A DNA stretch of 63,727 nucleotides, the filler included, from Aduncisulcus paluster (Eukaryota), in the NCBI GenBank assembly GCA_024181965.1. It is 10 parts of 10 records of this genome, joined end to end, with 100 filler letters (N's around TTAATTAATTAA, not from the genome) between each part and the next. Parts side by side here need not be neighbours in the genome. Positions count along the whole stretch, not along the records: positions 11,232 to 14,918 come from BQXS01010144.1; positions 15,019 to 17,096 come from BQXS01010145.1; positions 17,197 to 20,918 come from BQXS01010146.1; positions 21,019 to 43,568 come from BQXS01010147.1; 6 more parts are not named here. The stretch is one strand, 5' to 3'. Under the pieces are notes generated by a model. That model was given only the letters and a program-made list of their open reading frames with translations. It was not told the DNA's origin and made no database searches. Both the position numbers and the translations under genes were made by a program. This document shows, in pieces, positions 11,455-23,867 of the stretch (the first letter of the stretch is position 1; each line of letters opens with the position of its first letter).

Positions 11455-11610
11455 CCATGGTAATAATTTTGGTAATACCATTAAATTTAAAGGTAATACC
11501 AAAAGTATTACCATGGTAATACCATTATATATTTAATGGTAAAGCCTCTTCCCATAAGATTAATACCATATGGTAATACCATGGTAATACTTTTATTCGG
11601 AACGATAGTG
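11455..11610 (-). mobile_element. CACTA (EnSpm)-type transposon terminus with subterminal GGTA(A/T)TACC repeats
   Basis: Minus strand begins CACTATCGTTCCGAATAAAAGTATTACCATGG, near-identical to the terminus at 61748. Multiple GGTAATACC/GGTATTACC units follow. Confidence 0.8.
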
Positions 11611-13089
11611 TATAAAATGGATCCTGAAAAAAAGTTTCTCTGTGTGTTGATAATTTAGTGTGTCATACGGAGGCAACGGAAAAAAAATAATTTCCCAGAC
11701 TGATATTATCAAGCTTCATTGCATTCAGCACAAATCTCTGGTACAGAGTGATCATGATATAACAAGATTTAGAAGAAATCATTCCCACTGCCTTAAGGCT
11801 TACAAAGCAGCTGTTGAAATTCATCATTCAGATAGAACTCCTATGAACAAATGGATTGTAGCTCTTGGTTTTCCCTTTTTAATTCAGTATCGTGACCAAA
11901 ACGGAGAAGTTTTTATTAGAATAATCGACGCTCCAAGATAGTTCAAAAGATTAGCCATTTATAATATTTTCTATCACGAAACAGATATTTATGGTACTAC
12001 CAAATATTAGTAATTTTTCATTTGAAAGTATCAAGAGAAATGCGATAGAGGAATATCATAGATTCTGTTTGATGGACGCCCAAGACCAATTACCACTTGA
12101 GGGGTGTTCCAATCCCCCTCAATTGAGCACATAACCTCTCTAAATGTGGTGGCCTATCTATTTTTTTCGGGCGTGCGGCAACGTTTTCGTTGGTCCTTCC
12201 CTCTCTTCCAGTGACCAAATCCCCAATCTTGCATTATTGACTGATGTTCACGGATCTATCTGCTCCCAATGTTTCGGATCCGGTGAAGGTGGATTTGGGA
12301 GTGATCATGAGGAATATCTCCCCGATTTGGCACATCGAGATCGTCCTCCGTCCCTTCCAGCCCCTGTCCTGTCCTACTCTCTTCGACCAGATTATGCCAA
12401 ACCTTGACCCTATCATCCCTCAGACTCCTTCGAAGACATTCTGGTTCAAGGAGTTCTGGATAGATCTTGTTCATTGTCCTTCTATAGAAAGTTATATATA
12501 GCTTCTCGGAGGTTAACTGATATAAACCTGATGTCCCCCTACAAGATCGGTCTTCTCGGAGAAAGAATCATTCAGGCTCAAGCAAAGATTATGTGGAACG
12601 GAGAATCATATTATTTTACACCTCTATCCACTAATTTAAGATCAATTCTCGAGTTTTTTTTTCTTCCCCATACCTCCCACTTATAATGGAAAAGCCCTCG
12701 TTCCTACATCATGCCAGGTTTCATCCCGCCAAAATAGAATAAGAGAGCTAGAGAGAAGAGGTAATATACGTTGCATGGAGAGAAGAAATCCGAAAGGAAC
12801 TTGAAGAAAGAGGATGGAGACAAGGAGATGTACGAAGACGATGAGAGCTGTGACGGAGAAACAGAAGAAGAAAGTGTTGAAGAAGTTTGAGAGTGATGAT
12901 GACAATGACGATGAGAGCGGAGATGATGATAGGACGAAGAGAAGAAAGAGAAGGGGCACGAGAAAGAGATGAGGGGGAGGATCAGAGAGAGAATGAGAGG
13001 AAGTAGAAGGAGATTGAGAGAAGAAGAGAACACTGTGAAAATTACAGTGCTCCACTCTTCCCACTCCATCGAAGATGCCTCTGTGCATC

Positions 13090-13660
13090 CTCTCAAGAAA
13101 AGCCTAATTTACCTTTACTCTCAACTTCAATATTCAGGCTTCCATCTTATGCCGGATTTTATGCACATGGAGCTGTTAGGTGTGCTATCCCGGTATTCAA
13201 TTCCGCTATTGAAGTGTGTAATAGAGCCCGATAACCTCCAAAGTATCGATAGGGATCTATCGCAATATTGTAGAAGATCAGGATCAACCATGTTTGGGAG
13301 AAAAGCCCCAAGTGCTAGTGTGGCTAGAAGACTATACAGTTTGCTGCCATTCATACTGAAGAACACGATATCGGATACTGTGAGTAACTTTAAACTCTCG
13401 AATGCCCAGAAAGAGAGACTAAACTCATTCACGGATGAAGAAGTGATGAGAAAAAGAGAAGATTGGAAGGCTAAAGTGGAATCATACAACAAAAAAAAAA
13501 TATTTGTTTTGGAGTTTGCATACATAACCGCTACTTAGCTCTTCTATCAAATTGTGAAACAATCGAAAATGCTAGGGAACTTCGAAAATATATACAAAGG
13601 CATCGAAAATAATAAAAATTCATGGAAGAAGATTCTTCAACACCCAAACGAAAAAATTAC
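13090..13660 (+). pseudogene. Decayed CACTA/Plavaka-like transposase fragment
   Basis: MPDFMHMELLGVLSR (DxxH..L.G motif) and RRLYSLLPFILK; frameshift and stops downstream. Confidence 0.6.
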
Positions 13661-13789
13661 ACTTAGATCCAAAACACCAATTTATTGATGTCACAGTGGT
13701 TGAAAACTTTCAGATCATTTTGGCTGATCATCCAGAGAGGGAAAAGATCATTGGAACCAAGAGGAATCAATGCCAGTGGCGTAAAATAA

Positions 13790-14100
13790 GTGGTCTTCGA
13801 CTGTTGTTTGGAGCTGAAGGCCGCCTACGGCCAATCCACCACGAGGGGTATTTTCCAAAACCCTTCACTTAAGTATATGATCCCTCTTAATTTGATAGCT
13901 GCTGATCCTCTCCATGTCTTCTTCCTTGGGATTGGAGCAAAGGTTTTCGATCTGATCGAAGAAACCCCTCTTATGGATTGGTTATTGAGCGTTTAATGAG
14001 CGATGGTACAGATGTTGTAAAAGACTTCTTGAAGAGCAACTTTCCCCGTCTTTTGAAGAGTACGATCTGGAATCTCAAAGTCTGCATATGACTCCTGAGA
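13790..14100 (+). pseudogene. Second decayed CACTA-like transposase fragment
   Basis: LIAADPLHVFFLGIGAKVF (DxxH..LG motif) followed by frameshifts. Confidence 0.6.
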
Positions 14101-14373
14101 AATACATTAATTGAAGAGTATGGCCTCTCTCCGGCAACTCCTGATTCATCTCAACTCGCAGCTGCGAGAGAGAAATCATTTCCTGTGCTGCCGATGTGTC
14201 GGAGAAAGTATGACTACTATCAATCAGTAGTTACATTAGATTCATTGCCGATGATCTTTTGGATCTACGATATTGTTCTTCTTGTGAAAGAGATAAGGAG
14301 ATAGTCTCTCAGTTCTGCCCAATGAGCTCCAACGACATAATAGTTTCAGCGATAATTACTAATTACTAGTAGT

Positions 14374-14883
14374 ATGGATGGATTTCAGGTTACTGGGATG
14401 TCTGGAAGGAGTCTACAAGGTTTTTATGCCACGGTACAACCCAGTTGTCGGAATATATCATTGGTATTATCGATATATGAAGAATCAGAAGAGGAAAGGG
14501 TAATGAAGGACGTGGAGAAGGATATTCAATCACTTGGTTCTGGTGTGTTTGCACACAATTATACAATATTCGGAGATATTTTTTGTGTTGTAGCTGACAT
14601 GAAACAGAAGAATCGCAATGCACAATTCTTTGGGCCGTGTGAGAAACATCGCATGATCGATCTTTGGAAGATCAGCGTTCAATCGTGTATTGTGACACAT
14701 GTTTTATGTTTACCTTCAACAACAAGGGAGGAGATGTTGGAAGCTCAAGAATGTGTCGTGAAAAGGAATGACTATTTCGTCCACACACACAACAAGTGGT
14801 CTATTCTTTGCCTTTTTATCCCTTTCAATACTACCCTATTTGTTCTTATATCAAAGAAATTTTTAATCCCAGGTTTAAATTAA
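14374..14883 (+). pseudogene. Third CACTA-like transposase fragment (catalytic-core region)
   Basis: MDGFQV..SLQGFYAT, DIQSLGSGV and IFCVVADMKQKNRNAQFFGPC resemble the DG..., eL..G and aD.pa segments of EnSpm/Plavaka transposases. Confidence 0.5.
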
Positions 14884-15018
14884 ACAAAATATCTCATCCT
14901 CGCCTCTTCAATCTCTTTNNNNNNNNNNNNNNNNNNNNNNNNNNNNNNNNNNNNNNNNNNNNTTAATTAATTAANNNNNNNNNNNNNNNNNNNNNNNNNN
15001 NNNNNNNNNNNNNNNNNN

Positions 15019-15736
15019 TACAATCGGTACAATCATCGAAGTTCTTGCAACAGTAGGACCGAGCAGTCGAAGGAGACTCGCACGAATCATGTTTGATGCA
15101 ATTTTGGCCACCATCTTCATCAACGCACCAAGTACAACTTGGGTTTCCTTTACAATCCTCACACGTACTATTTTCAGAGCAACAGGAAGAAGTCTCCGTA
15201 ATAGAATCACAAACCTCGGTGGTTGTGTGTTCCAGAGTATCATAACACCTTCCTTCATCTTCAATACACCATCCACACCAAGAGGAACGAACACAATCAA
15301 CACAATTATCCAAGGTAATACAACAATCACTCCCTCCAGAAAATATACTGTGAGCCTCCCAATGATCACATTGTGCAACAGTAGGGTCGTCTAAGCCATG
15401 ATCGGGATCGAGCTCATTCGCGTATAGACATTTTTGGATTCCTTCATCATTACACCAGCCACACCAAGAGGAACGAACACAATCAACACAATTATCCAAG
15501 GTAATACAACAATCACTCCCTCCAGAAAATATACTGTGAGCCTCCCAATGATCACATTGTGCAACAGTAGGGTCGTCTAAGCCATGATCGGGATCGAGCT
15601 CATTCGCGTATAGACATTTTTGGATTCCTTCATCATTACACCAGCCACATCCAACTACGCTGTAACTATTGGCGGCAATACAGGAACTACAATCTGTGAA
15701 ATCGTGACAACCATAGTCAATAATTGGATCATTCAT
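15019..15736 (-). CDS. Cysteine-rich PSI (plexin-semaphorin-integrin) repeat protein, 3' truncated, start uncertain
   Basis: At least five C-x3-5-C-x2-C..CGWC/CTWC units. Two 62-aa units are exact DNA copies. Confidence 0.8.
15273..15649. repeat. Exact in-frame 186-bp tandem duplication inside the PSI gene
   Basis: 15273-15458 is identical to 15459-15644. Confidence 0.9.
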
Positions 15737-16203
15737 TGCTACCGGCCAAATATGAGAATAATTCTTTTCGCAGTGGAAAAATTGGATATTTTGCAAGAGA
15801 TCGGGACAAAAAAGAATAAATCAGGGAAATTTGATCGGAATTATAATTTTTATTTCTTTAAATTAAATAGGTCCACGTCGTGGACTCCACGCAACACATC
15901 TTCCACGAAGATTAATTTCCATGACATAGCACAAAAATTGTCATAATAGAGCGTTAATTAAATCAGGAATGATCTTAAGATGGAAGGGATTGGGTGATTT
16001 TCTTAATTGAAGGGCAATAAGCTGATTAACAACAAAACAGTCTCTCAGATTGGTAATTACATCTTTGAACTTTTCAATAATATCATATTTTTTAATCGAT
16101 TTTGATTATAAACCCATAAATGATTTCCTCCGATGATGATCCAAAAATGATGGCAGAAGAATTCATTAACCCCGAAGAATCAAATTCTTGATTTGGTATA
16201 CAA

Positions 16204-17096
16204 ATGACATTTCAAGCTGAACTCTTTAGTATGTTTTTCAATATTTTTCAATATTATTCATTTCCTTTTCTCCCTCTTATCTTTATTTTCTTTTAAGTCG
16301 AAATTGTTGAGGGATCAAACCTTCCCCCGGCTGATACAGATGGCTTAAGTGACCCTTATGTTAAAATTTGTGTTGGTACTAGAATAGCATCAACTCCTGT
16401 AATTCGTAAAAGCCTTGATCCCAAATGGTTTGCCCGATTTGAATTCCCTCAATGCATTTCAACAGATATGTTCGTGTTTCACGTTATGGACCAGGATGGA
16501 GAGACATCTGAATCCCTTGGTAGTTTTAATATTGATATTACTTGTCTTAGAAATGATATTTTACATGATATTTGGTTCCGTTTGCAGGATTCTACTTCGG
16601 GAAGGATCAGAGTGAAAATTAAATCACATGTAGGTGGCTTTCCAAAGGGTTATACATGGAGTCCTAAGCCATATTTAAATCAATTTGGGCAATTAAATTC
16701 TTTTTATTCTTCTCATTTGGAACTAACTTCAGTTCCTGCTGATCTCCCTCATTTTCGCGATGGAGGAGCAATTCCAGTTCCTATCTCCCAACCTCTGACT
16801 TTTGATCAGCAAAGAACTCAATTTTCTTCATATCAAGACTCTCGCCAACCCTCGTTCTACTCTCCCGGAGCTCCCTATCCTCCATCCTTAACTGGAGGAA
16901 TGGCTCCTTCGCACCCATTTTCTTCTTATATTATTCCATCACAAAGTGTTGCCCCCTCTTTGGGAACTGGAATGTATCCTCCCATCCCACAACCTATTCA
17001 ACAACCAACCTATGATCCAATGGGTCAAGCTCATCGAGCTTCTGTTTCTAGTTCTCAAGCATTTATCTATCCTCAACCACAAACATTTTCTCAACC
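16204..17096 (+). CDS. C2-domain protein with Pro/Gln/Ser-rich tail; one intron (16229-16297); 3' truncated
   Basis: Splicing GTATGT...TTTAAG gives MTFQAELFIEIVEGSNLPPADTDGLSDPYVKI...KSLDPKW...HVMDQDGETSESLG, a canonical C2 with Ca-binding Asp residues. Confidence 0.88.
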
Positions 17097-17196
17097 NNNN
17101 NNNNNNNNNNNNNNNNNNNNNNNNNNNNNNNNNNNNNNNNTTAATTAATTAANNNNNNNNNNNNNNNNNNNNNNNNNNNNNNNNNNNNNNNNNNNN

Positions 17197-20100
17197 CTCT
17201 CCTTCTTTCCACTGCCACACGCCTTCCTCTCGGCAGAATGTAGAAATGACGTGACTAATATACTCAGGCTCAACACAACCACACAACCAGCCACTGTGCT
17301 GTACTCTACTATGTGAGGTCTGAGAATGGGATTGGACAGCATGAGATAATTGACTACTTGAGTCCCCACCAATCAAATCACTTGGGATATCAACTGGAGT
17401 GACTTTATGCAAGGGAGAGGAGATTGATGGGGTATGATCATAATCATGTGATGGGCAAGACTCAATACGATCCCTTTCAGTAGAAAATGCTTGAGACTCA
17501 CGGCCTTTCTCACAAATGGGATTCTGGTTGAATGGGTGTATTGTACGAGGAACAAATCCAAGGAATCTCTTGTCATCTTCTTCACGAATGGCTTCTTCCC
17601 CACCCCAAAGCACAGTACCATCCTCAATATCATACTGAGGCAATACACAGTCATCCCATACCTGGAAATAATCAATCGCATTATAGGCACAGCTCACATC
17701 TCCAGGCTCTCCAAACAACCCCCATAGTTGACGTCTTAATGTCTCACCATACGGGTATCTAGATACAAGCATGGTCGTAAATAGAAGAAGAGGAGATCTC
17801 AGAACAGATCGATGACGGTGAAAATATTCTTTAAGTTTATGTTCTACTCGGTTACTCGATACAAGCTCTCCCAAAAGACTGCATAATTCCATTTCAATCA
17901 AGGAAAGACCATATATCTCCCTCATACTCCAAGTGTGATGTGTTACGACAAGATCAGGGGACTCTACTTTCTCACCAGAAGAAGATGTTTGAGTATCATA
18001 ATGGGGGAGCTCAGGATTGAGTGGTTGTTGCTTATGAACAGTAGGTCGTTTTTCAACTTTTTGTGTTGGATGAGGTTCAAAAGGGAGACAAATATTATTA
18101 GTATGGGATATGGAACGTTCACCGCGGATATTCATTCCTGCTTCAAAATATCCTGGTCGCTTTGCACGAAGAACACATAAAGCATTGCCTCGATTGAATA
18201 TTTTCCTTTCTTCAGCAATCCAATCTCTCAACATAATTTTGGATATATGAGTGGCATGGTGAGTTGTACGAATGTTTGTCGTTCTTTTCCTTGAAAATAG
18301 AGGAGAAAATACTTCACATGAAATGTCTTTTCGTGAAGAAGAAGAAAAGAAACGAGGTGGAAGAATTGTCTCAGCAGTGTGAACAGTGTGAAAGGGAGAG
18401 AAAAGAAGAGAAAGTTGATGGGGCAATAGCAAAGAGTGAGTAGGGGACTTGAATAGAGCGATGTGCATGAGTTTTAGATGCGTTGAAATACCTTTGACGC
18501 TACCAAATATGCACAAACACTCAGCCAATTCCCCCTGAAGCTCAAGATTATCCACACACAGGGATAAAATAAACATGCAAAACAATAGAGAACTCTGAGG
18601 AAATAAACATGGATGATTTGGGAAAGGATGAAGACGTTGCTGTTTATGTCTTTCTTTCCTCAAATCTGTCTTGGAGCTTATTGCGTGCTCAATATGAGTG
18701 GGAACAAAGATATGTTGAAGAGGACGGACGAGCCATTCTTGACTTCCCTTCTTGCTTCTACACATACTCATTATATTATATAGACCGTTGAGTCTGAGTT
18801 CAAGGNNNNNNNNNNNNNNNNNNNNACAATAGAGAACTCTGAGGAAATAAACATGGATGATTTGGGAAAGGATGAAGACGTTGCTGTTTATGTCTTTCTT
18901 TCCTCAAATCTGTCTTGGAGCTTATTGCGTGCTCAATATGAGTGGGAACAAAGATATGTTGAAGAGGACGGACGAGCCATTCTTGACTTCCCTTCTTGCT
19001 TCTACACATACTCATTATATTATATAGACCGTTGAGTCTGAGTTCAAGGGGATAAGCTGAAGAGAAGAGCCACACGATGGACATGTACGGAATTTCAAAT
19101 GCATTAAGAATTTCAACACCGACATTTGTCTGTGAAAGAGCGTAATACAAATGGTCATCGTCAACCCGAACACTGTGAACACGCAGACAGTTCTCAGACG
19201 TATCATCATATCCAAGCACTACTCCATGTTTCCCTTGGTCAAGAGCGAGATCTGTCAACTGTGGGAGCTCATTCAGATTTCGACGAATAGAATTGAATAT
19301 ATGCCGATGTTGGATCGAAAGAGAAGGATTCCTAACAGATAATCGTAGGTGAGGGAAAGTTAAATGATTTTCTTCCAATTCTTGTGGGATAATCGTTCTT
19401 CTATTCATCAATCTACGTCTCTCGATCTGACGAAGGCTATATTCATATGCTAGCGTATGAGTATAGTGGAATTGGAATGTTGGAGATATCACAAGGGATC
19501 TAACTGGATATTCCTCAGAGATTCCATCAACAACACTCACTCCATGTACTCCTATGGCAGTAGTAGCACCGGAGGACTTCAGAGAATCATCGTTAACAAC
19601 AGAAGGAGAAGAAGAAGAAGATTGCACTATACTACTATCGTTATGAAAAGATTGAGAAAGATTGATGAGAGGAATAGAGGTGGGATTGGTTGAACGGAAA
19701 GCTATTTCTTCTTGGAGATTCTGAAGTTTCTTTTGCTCTTCATTTTGTTGAGATCTTATCCAATTCTGACGATCGATTCCGTCGTTCGATTTCCCTTCTC
19801 TTTCTTCCCACTGCCGAACACGGTCTCTTTGAAGATGCAGATCACTCGTTTCCTCGACAAACACTCCATGGCCTATGCGAACTCGACAGTGAGGAATTGG
19901 GAAAGGCGGGTGGTGGATCCTGCTTTGATAATCCAATTCTATTCTTTGGCCCCGTCTAACCTTACGAATCTCTTCTCTTTGTCGACGCTCGCGATCATCC
20001 CGTCTCTCCTGATCGGTTCTTGCCGATGGTCCGGTTCTGGCCGATGTTCCAGTTCTTGCCGATGGTTCACTCTTTTTTCTATCTTTTGAACGGGGTTTAG

Positions 20101-20918
20101 GTTCTTTATCCCTATCAAGACCTTTCCACAATTGTCCACATACACACCCAGAATATCTTCCATTGCCAACCTTACCATTAATGCCTCCAATACAAACCTT
20201 CCCAGGTTTCTTTTTGCCACTTTGTTGTTGAGCGTCTTTACCCTGTTTCTCTCGTCTTCTCGGCAACACAGCGTTCTTCACACCACCCGTTACACCCCCA
20301 CAAACTCTGCGAGCACACCATACGCAGACTCGAGGGTCTCTCTCTAGATGAACATGAGGTGCGTGTTTTATGTTTGTATTCGAAGGTAGCGGATAATGCG
20401 AAACATATTGATCTCTTGGGGATTCTGAGTGTTTAGTTGATGTCAGATCAGAGCGTCCACCACTAGTTCTTGGAAGATCTATCCGATCTGTAGTTGCTTG
20501 TTCGTTGGATACACTGCTACTGCTCTCGCCGCCTCGAATGATTGATGGCTGAGAATCATGGGGTAGAATCTTGGCACATTTAATTTTCTTCTCCAACTCT
20601 CTGTCCTTCTCAATTTGTTCCCAGATACCTCCTCTTTCCATGCATCCAAGACCACTCCATCCAATCATCCATACGTCAACACAGCCGCAGAGTGTGAGAT
20701 ATACGAGAACATCTTCTTCTCTAATTAATTCAAAAAAGAGAGATGGACACAGAACATACGACGACACGGGTATTTTGTGGATCTGACGGATAACTTCACT
20801 CTTACATAACATACTGACTTTGATACTCTCACACAAAACAATAGCAGCAGCTGTAGCTGTATGTTGGTGAGTATCTGTCAGCAAGGACAATAATAAAGCC
20901 ACTCCAAAAAGATGGAAG
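17197..20918 (-). CDS. RICTOR: Divergent Rictor/Avo3 (TORC2 subunit), C-terminal two-thirds; duplication artefact at gap 18806-18825
   Basis: Rictor-like motifs in the expected order: GVALLLSLLTD..TAAAIVLCESI; LFFELIREE..YL...W; HLYYALSQTNVGVEIL; LRLNGLYNIMSMCRSKKG; LELQGELAECLCIFGS; C-terminal KLKEYF..LRSPLLL..LVSRYPYGETLRRQLWGLF. Confidence 0.7.
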
Positions 20919-21018
20919 NNNNNNNNNNNNNNNNNNNNNNNNNNNNNNNNNNNNNNNNNNNNTTAATTAATTAANNNNNNNNNNNNNNNNNNNNNNNNNN
21001 NNNNNNNNNNNNNNNNNN

Positions 21019-22096
21019 CTTCTTCCTCCTCCTCCTCTTCATCTTCAAATTCTCGTTCATCCTCTTCTTTTTCCTCATTTGAAATAGATAGGAATAGCTT
21101 TTCCTCACCCAAACAAGAGGTACAACACTCCACAAATGAGACCATTTCTGTTCCTTCGCAATCCTCTCCAAGCCATGATACAAGGATCCGCCAGGATAAA
21201 GAATCGAGGAAACTGGACGCGGGATGAGAGCAAAAGGAAGAAGATAATAGCCATTTGGTCGATGGAGGAATGAAATCAAGAGGAATAGTAGCCGGAACAA
21301 TATGTATTGGCACAGATTTGGGATCGAGGGGAACTATATCAGTATTCTTTGGTTTTCCCCGAAAATACTCGAATGGTTTCAATAAAATCCGCATTTTTTT
21401 AATGTAATATTGAATATTGTGTCTAGATTTATGAGAAGATGATAGGAAGGCCAATGATATCATCTCAGAATCCATAGTAAAACCATATGAGTGAAGACAT
21501 TCGATAATCTCCGAAGGAATAGGGAAGGTAAGATGAGAATGAACAGAAATGGCATCATATTCATGGAAATCCTGCTGCAACAAGACAACATGCCCATTCT
21601 TGATTCCAGAAGGTGAAAAATGAATAAAATTACAAAATGCTCCTACTTCATGCGATAATTTACGAATAAAACTCCAAGAATCGCCTTTACGAAGAACAGC
21701 CTCCGAATTTTTTGTTGGAATGGCAGAGCCTGGAAACAAAACACGTTCCTGAGAATCATATGAATATTCAAATATTTTCTTAAATTTCATTAAACAGCTT
21801 TTCGCAATAGCAGCATATATAGCCCGGTTGGACAATAATACTACCAAATCAACAGCATCCCCAGAATATATTGATAGAAGCTTTTCATTGGTATATTTCG
21901 CGTCAAAAACATTCTTTTTCAAATCAATAAAGGTGGATTTAGGCCTTTTTTGATCAGATGTAACAGCAGATATTGGTATAAGTTCGATTTCTTTTTCTCT
22001 TCCTAAAATGACATATTGAGACGAACAAATACTTCCAATTACACCATCATTTGTTGCATATGAAATGAAATTGCGATATTTAAATGCTGTACTCAT
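21019..22096 (-). CDS. Hypothetical protein, 3' truncated
   Basis: ORF of about 360 aa from ATG 22096 running into the linker; no recognised domain. Confidence 0.6.
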
Positions 22097-22397
22097 CTCA
22101 ACTAACCAATCCAGATGAATGACATGTTTTGAGAGAAAAACAAACAAAAACTATACTCTATTCCATGAATATTCAGTAACTTTATTTTAAATCCAATTTC
22201 TATTTTGATATCACTTGGAATTTCTTCATAACATTCCCAGAAGCGAAATCAGGCAATTAGTAATTAACACAAAATATATGGAAATAAAAAAATATTTCAG
22301 CAAGTTCGCAATATATTTTCTTCAATATTTTCCATCGAACCAAATATTCTAAAAATATTCCAATTTGGTCAGATTCATTTTATTTCTTTTCGCCATC

Positions 22398-23867
22398 ATG
22401 AGTGAAACCCTTTTGTTTTCTTCAGCTCATTCCCTTAAATCTCATTCTTCTCGCTTGACTATGCCTTCCCAAGCCTTTCATTTTGCTTGCCAAGCTAAAA
22501 GACGCAAGTCGATGCGAAAACTTCACATTCCTCGCATTCACTGTCATATTCAACCTAAAATCAATTTTAATATTCATCTCGATAAAAAATTTCCACTGTT
22601 TCACTCTTCTAAAAAGAAAATAGGTATGCCAGTTGCTTTAAAGCTCTTCAGGTCGGCCGTCAACGATGACCTCGACTATCTTCACTTTGGTCTTCATATT
22701 TTTATGGCTAGAAAGGTTTACAGAGATCTTTGCCGTCAAGAAAAGGTAATTACAAGTGAACTCCCCCCTATTCTCTCCACCTCCTCTTCCACATGCTCCA
22801 TTGACTCAGAAAAGAAAGATTTCTCTTCTGAACCCCCTTCAATGGGCGATAGCCTCTCTCCTTCCCCCTCCACTTTTGATAGCGAGTCAGACGAAGCTTC
22901 TTTCTCTTCCATGTCACCTGCTTCCTCTGGGTTCTCTACTCCTCTCTCTATTGATGGAGATTACCTTTCTATTTCGACTGCTCTTCCTTCTTTGCTTCCT
23001 CCCCGCTCTCCTAGCCATTCTTTCACTGTTGTTCTTGACATGGATCACACTTTGCTCCATGCCTCTAAAAAGTACTATCCTGGCTTCGAAAGAGTTATTA
23101 AAGCTATTGACAAAGGCCGCATGCGTGATTTCTACGTGCGCTCCCGGCCCTATGCCCGTGAAATGGTTCAAGAGATCAAACGTCTTGGAGGAGAGGTTGT
23201 TATTTATACTGCTGCTCTTCAAGACTATGCTGACCAGTGTTTGAATGTGTTTGACCCTTCTGAGACACTCATTGACCATCGTATCTACCGCGAAGGATGT
23301 GTTCGTATAACCAGCGAAGATTTGGAGGCTGCTGTTGATCGTGAGTATGATCTCCGTGGCTATTTGAAAGCTTTGAAATCCCGTGGTTCCCTCCACTCAT
23401 CTTTCCCCTTCAGTGCGGATCTTATGGCCTCTCTCAGTGAAATTATCTCGACATCCAAGTCGACCCCTTCAAGGCTTCTTCCTCTGTCTGATCTCATTTT
23501 CAGCAATGGTTATGTGAAAGACCTGTCTCGTTTGGGTGTCAGTCGTCCTATTTCCTCCCTGTTCATTGTGGATGATAACCCTATTTCCTATGCCCTCCAA
23601 CCCATGGCTGCTATCCCTTGCAGGGAGTATAGGGGTGAGGACAAGGATGAAGAGATGCAACTTGTGTATCTAGCCCTTCTTCAGGGTCTCAAGGATCGTG
23701 GGACGTGTAATGTTAGTGGAGTGAATGCCGCTGTTGAGTCTGCCGAGAAGATGATGGGACATTTTGTCAAGAAACCTAGCAAAAGCAGGAAATCTCGTTC
23801 CTACCGTGCTCTTTCCTCTTTCTTCTGTGTGAAGGAAGAGCCAATGTTATTGGAAGGTTGTATGTAA
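22398..23867 (+). CDS. CTD small phosphatase-like (NIF/FCP1 HAD family) protein
   Basis: VVLDMDHTLLH (DxDxT), YVRSRPY, VIYTAALQDYAD, HRIYREGC, YVKDLSRLG and IVDDNPISY. Confidence 0.92.
   Translation: MSETLLFSSAHSLKSHSSRLTMPSQAFHFACQAKRRKSMRKLHIPRIHCHIQPKINFNIHLDKKFPLFHSSKKKIGMPVALKLFRSAVNDDLDYLHFGLHIFMARKVYRDLCRQEKVITSELPPILSTSSSTCSIDSEKKDFSSEPPSMGDSLSPSPSTFDSESDEASFSSMSPASSGFSTPLSIDGDYLSISTALPSLLPPRSPSHSFTVVLDMDHTLLHASKKYYPGFERVIKAIDKGRMRDFYVRSRPYAREMVQEIKRLGGEVVIYTAALQDYADQCLNVFDPSETLIDHRIYREGCVRITSEDLEAAVDREYDLRGYLKALKSRGSLHSSFPFSADLMASLSEIISTSKSTPSRLLPLSDLIFSNGYVKDLSRLGVSRPISSLFIVDDNPISYALQPMAAIPCREYRGEDKDEEMQLVYLALLQGLKDRGTCNVSGVNAAVESAEKMMGHFVKKPSKSRKSRSYRALSSFFCVKEEPMLLEGCM

Noticed and set aside
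22398-23867. Tim50
   Set aside because: The catalytic DxDxT is intact and there is no TM segment before the NIF domain, which fits a CTD small phosphatase.
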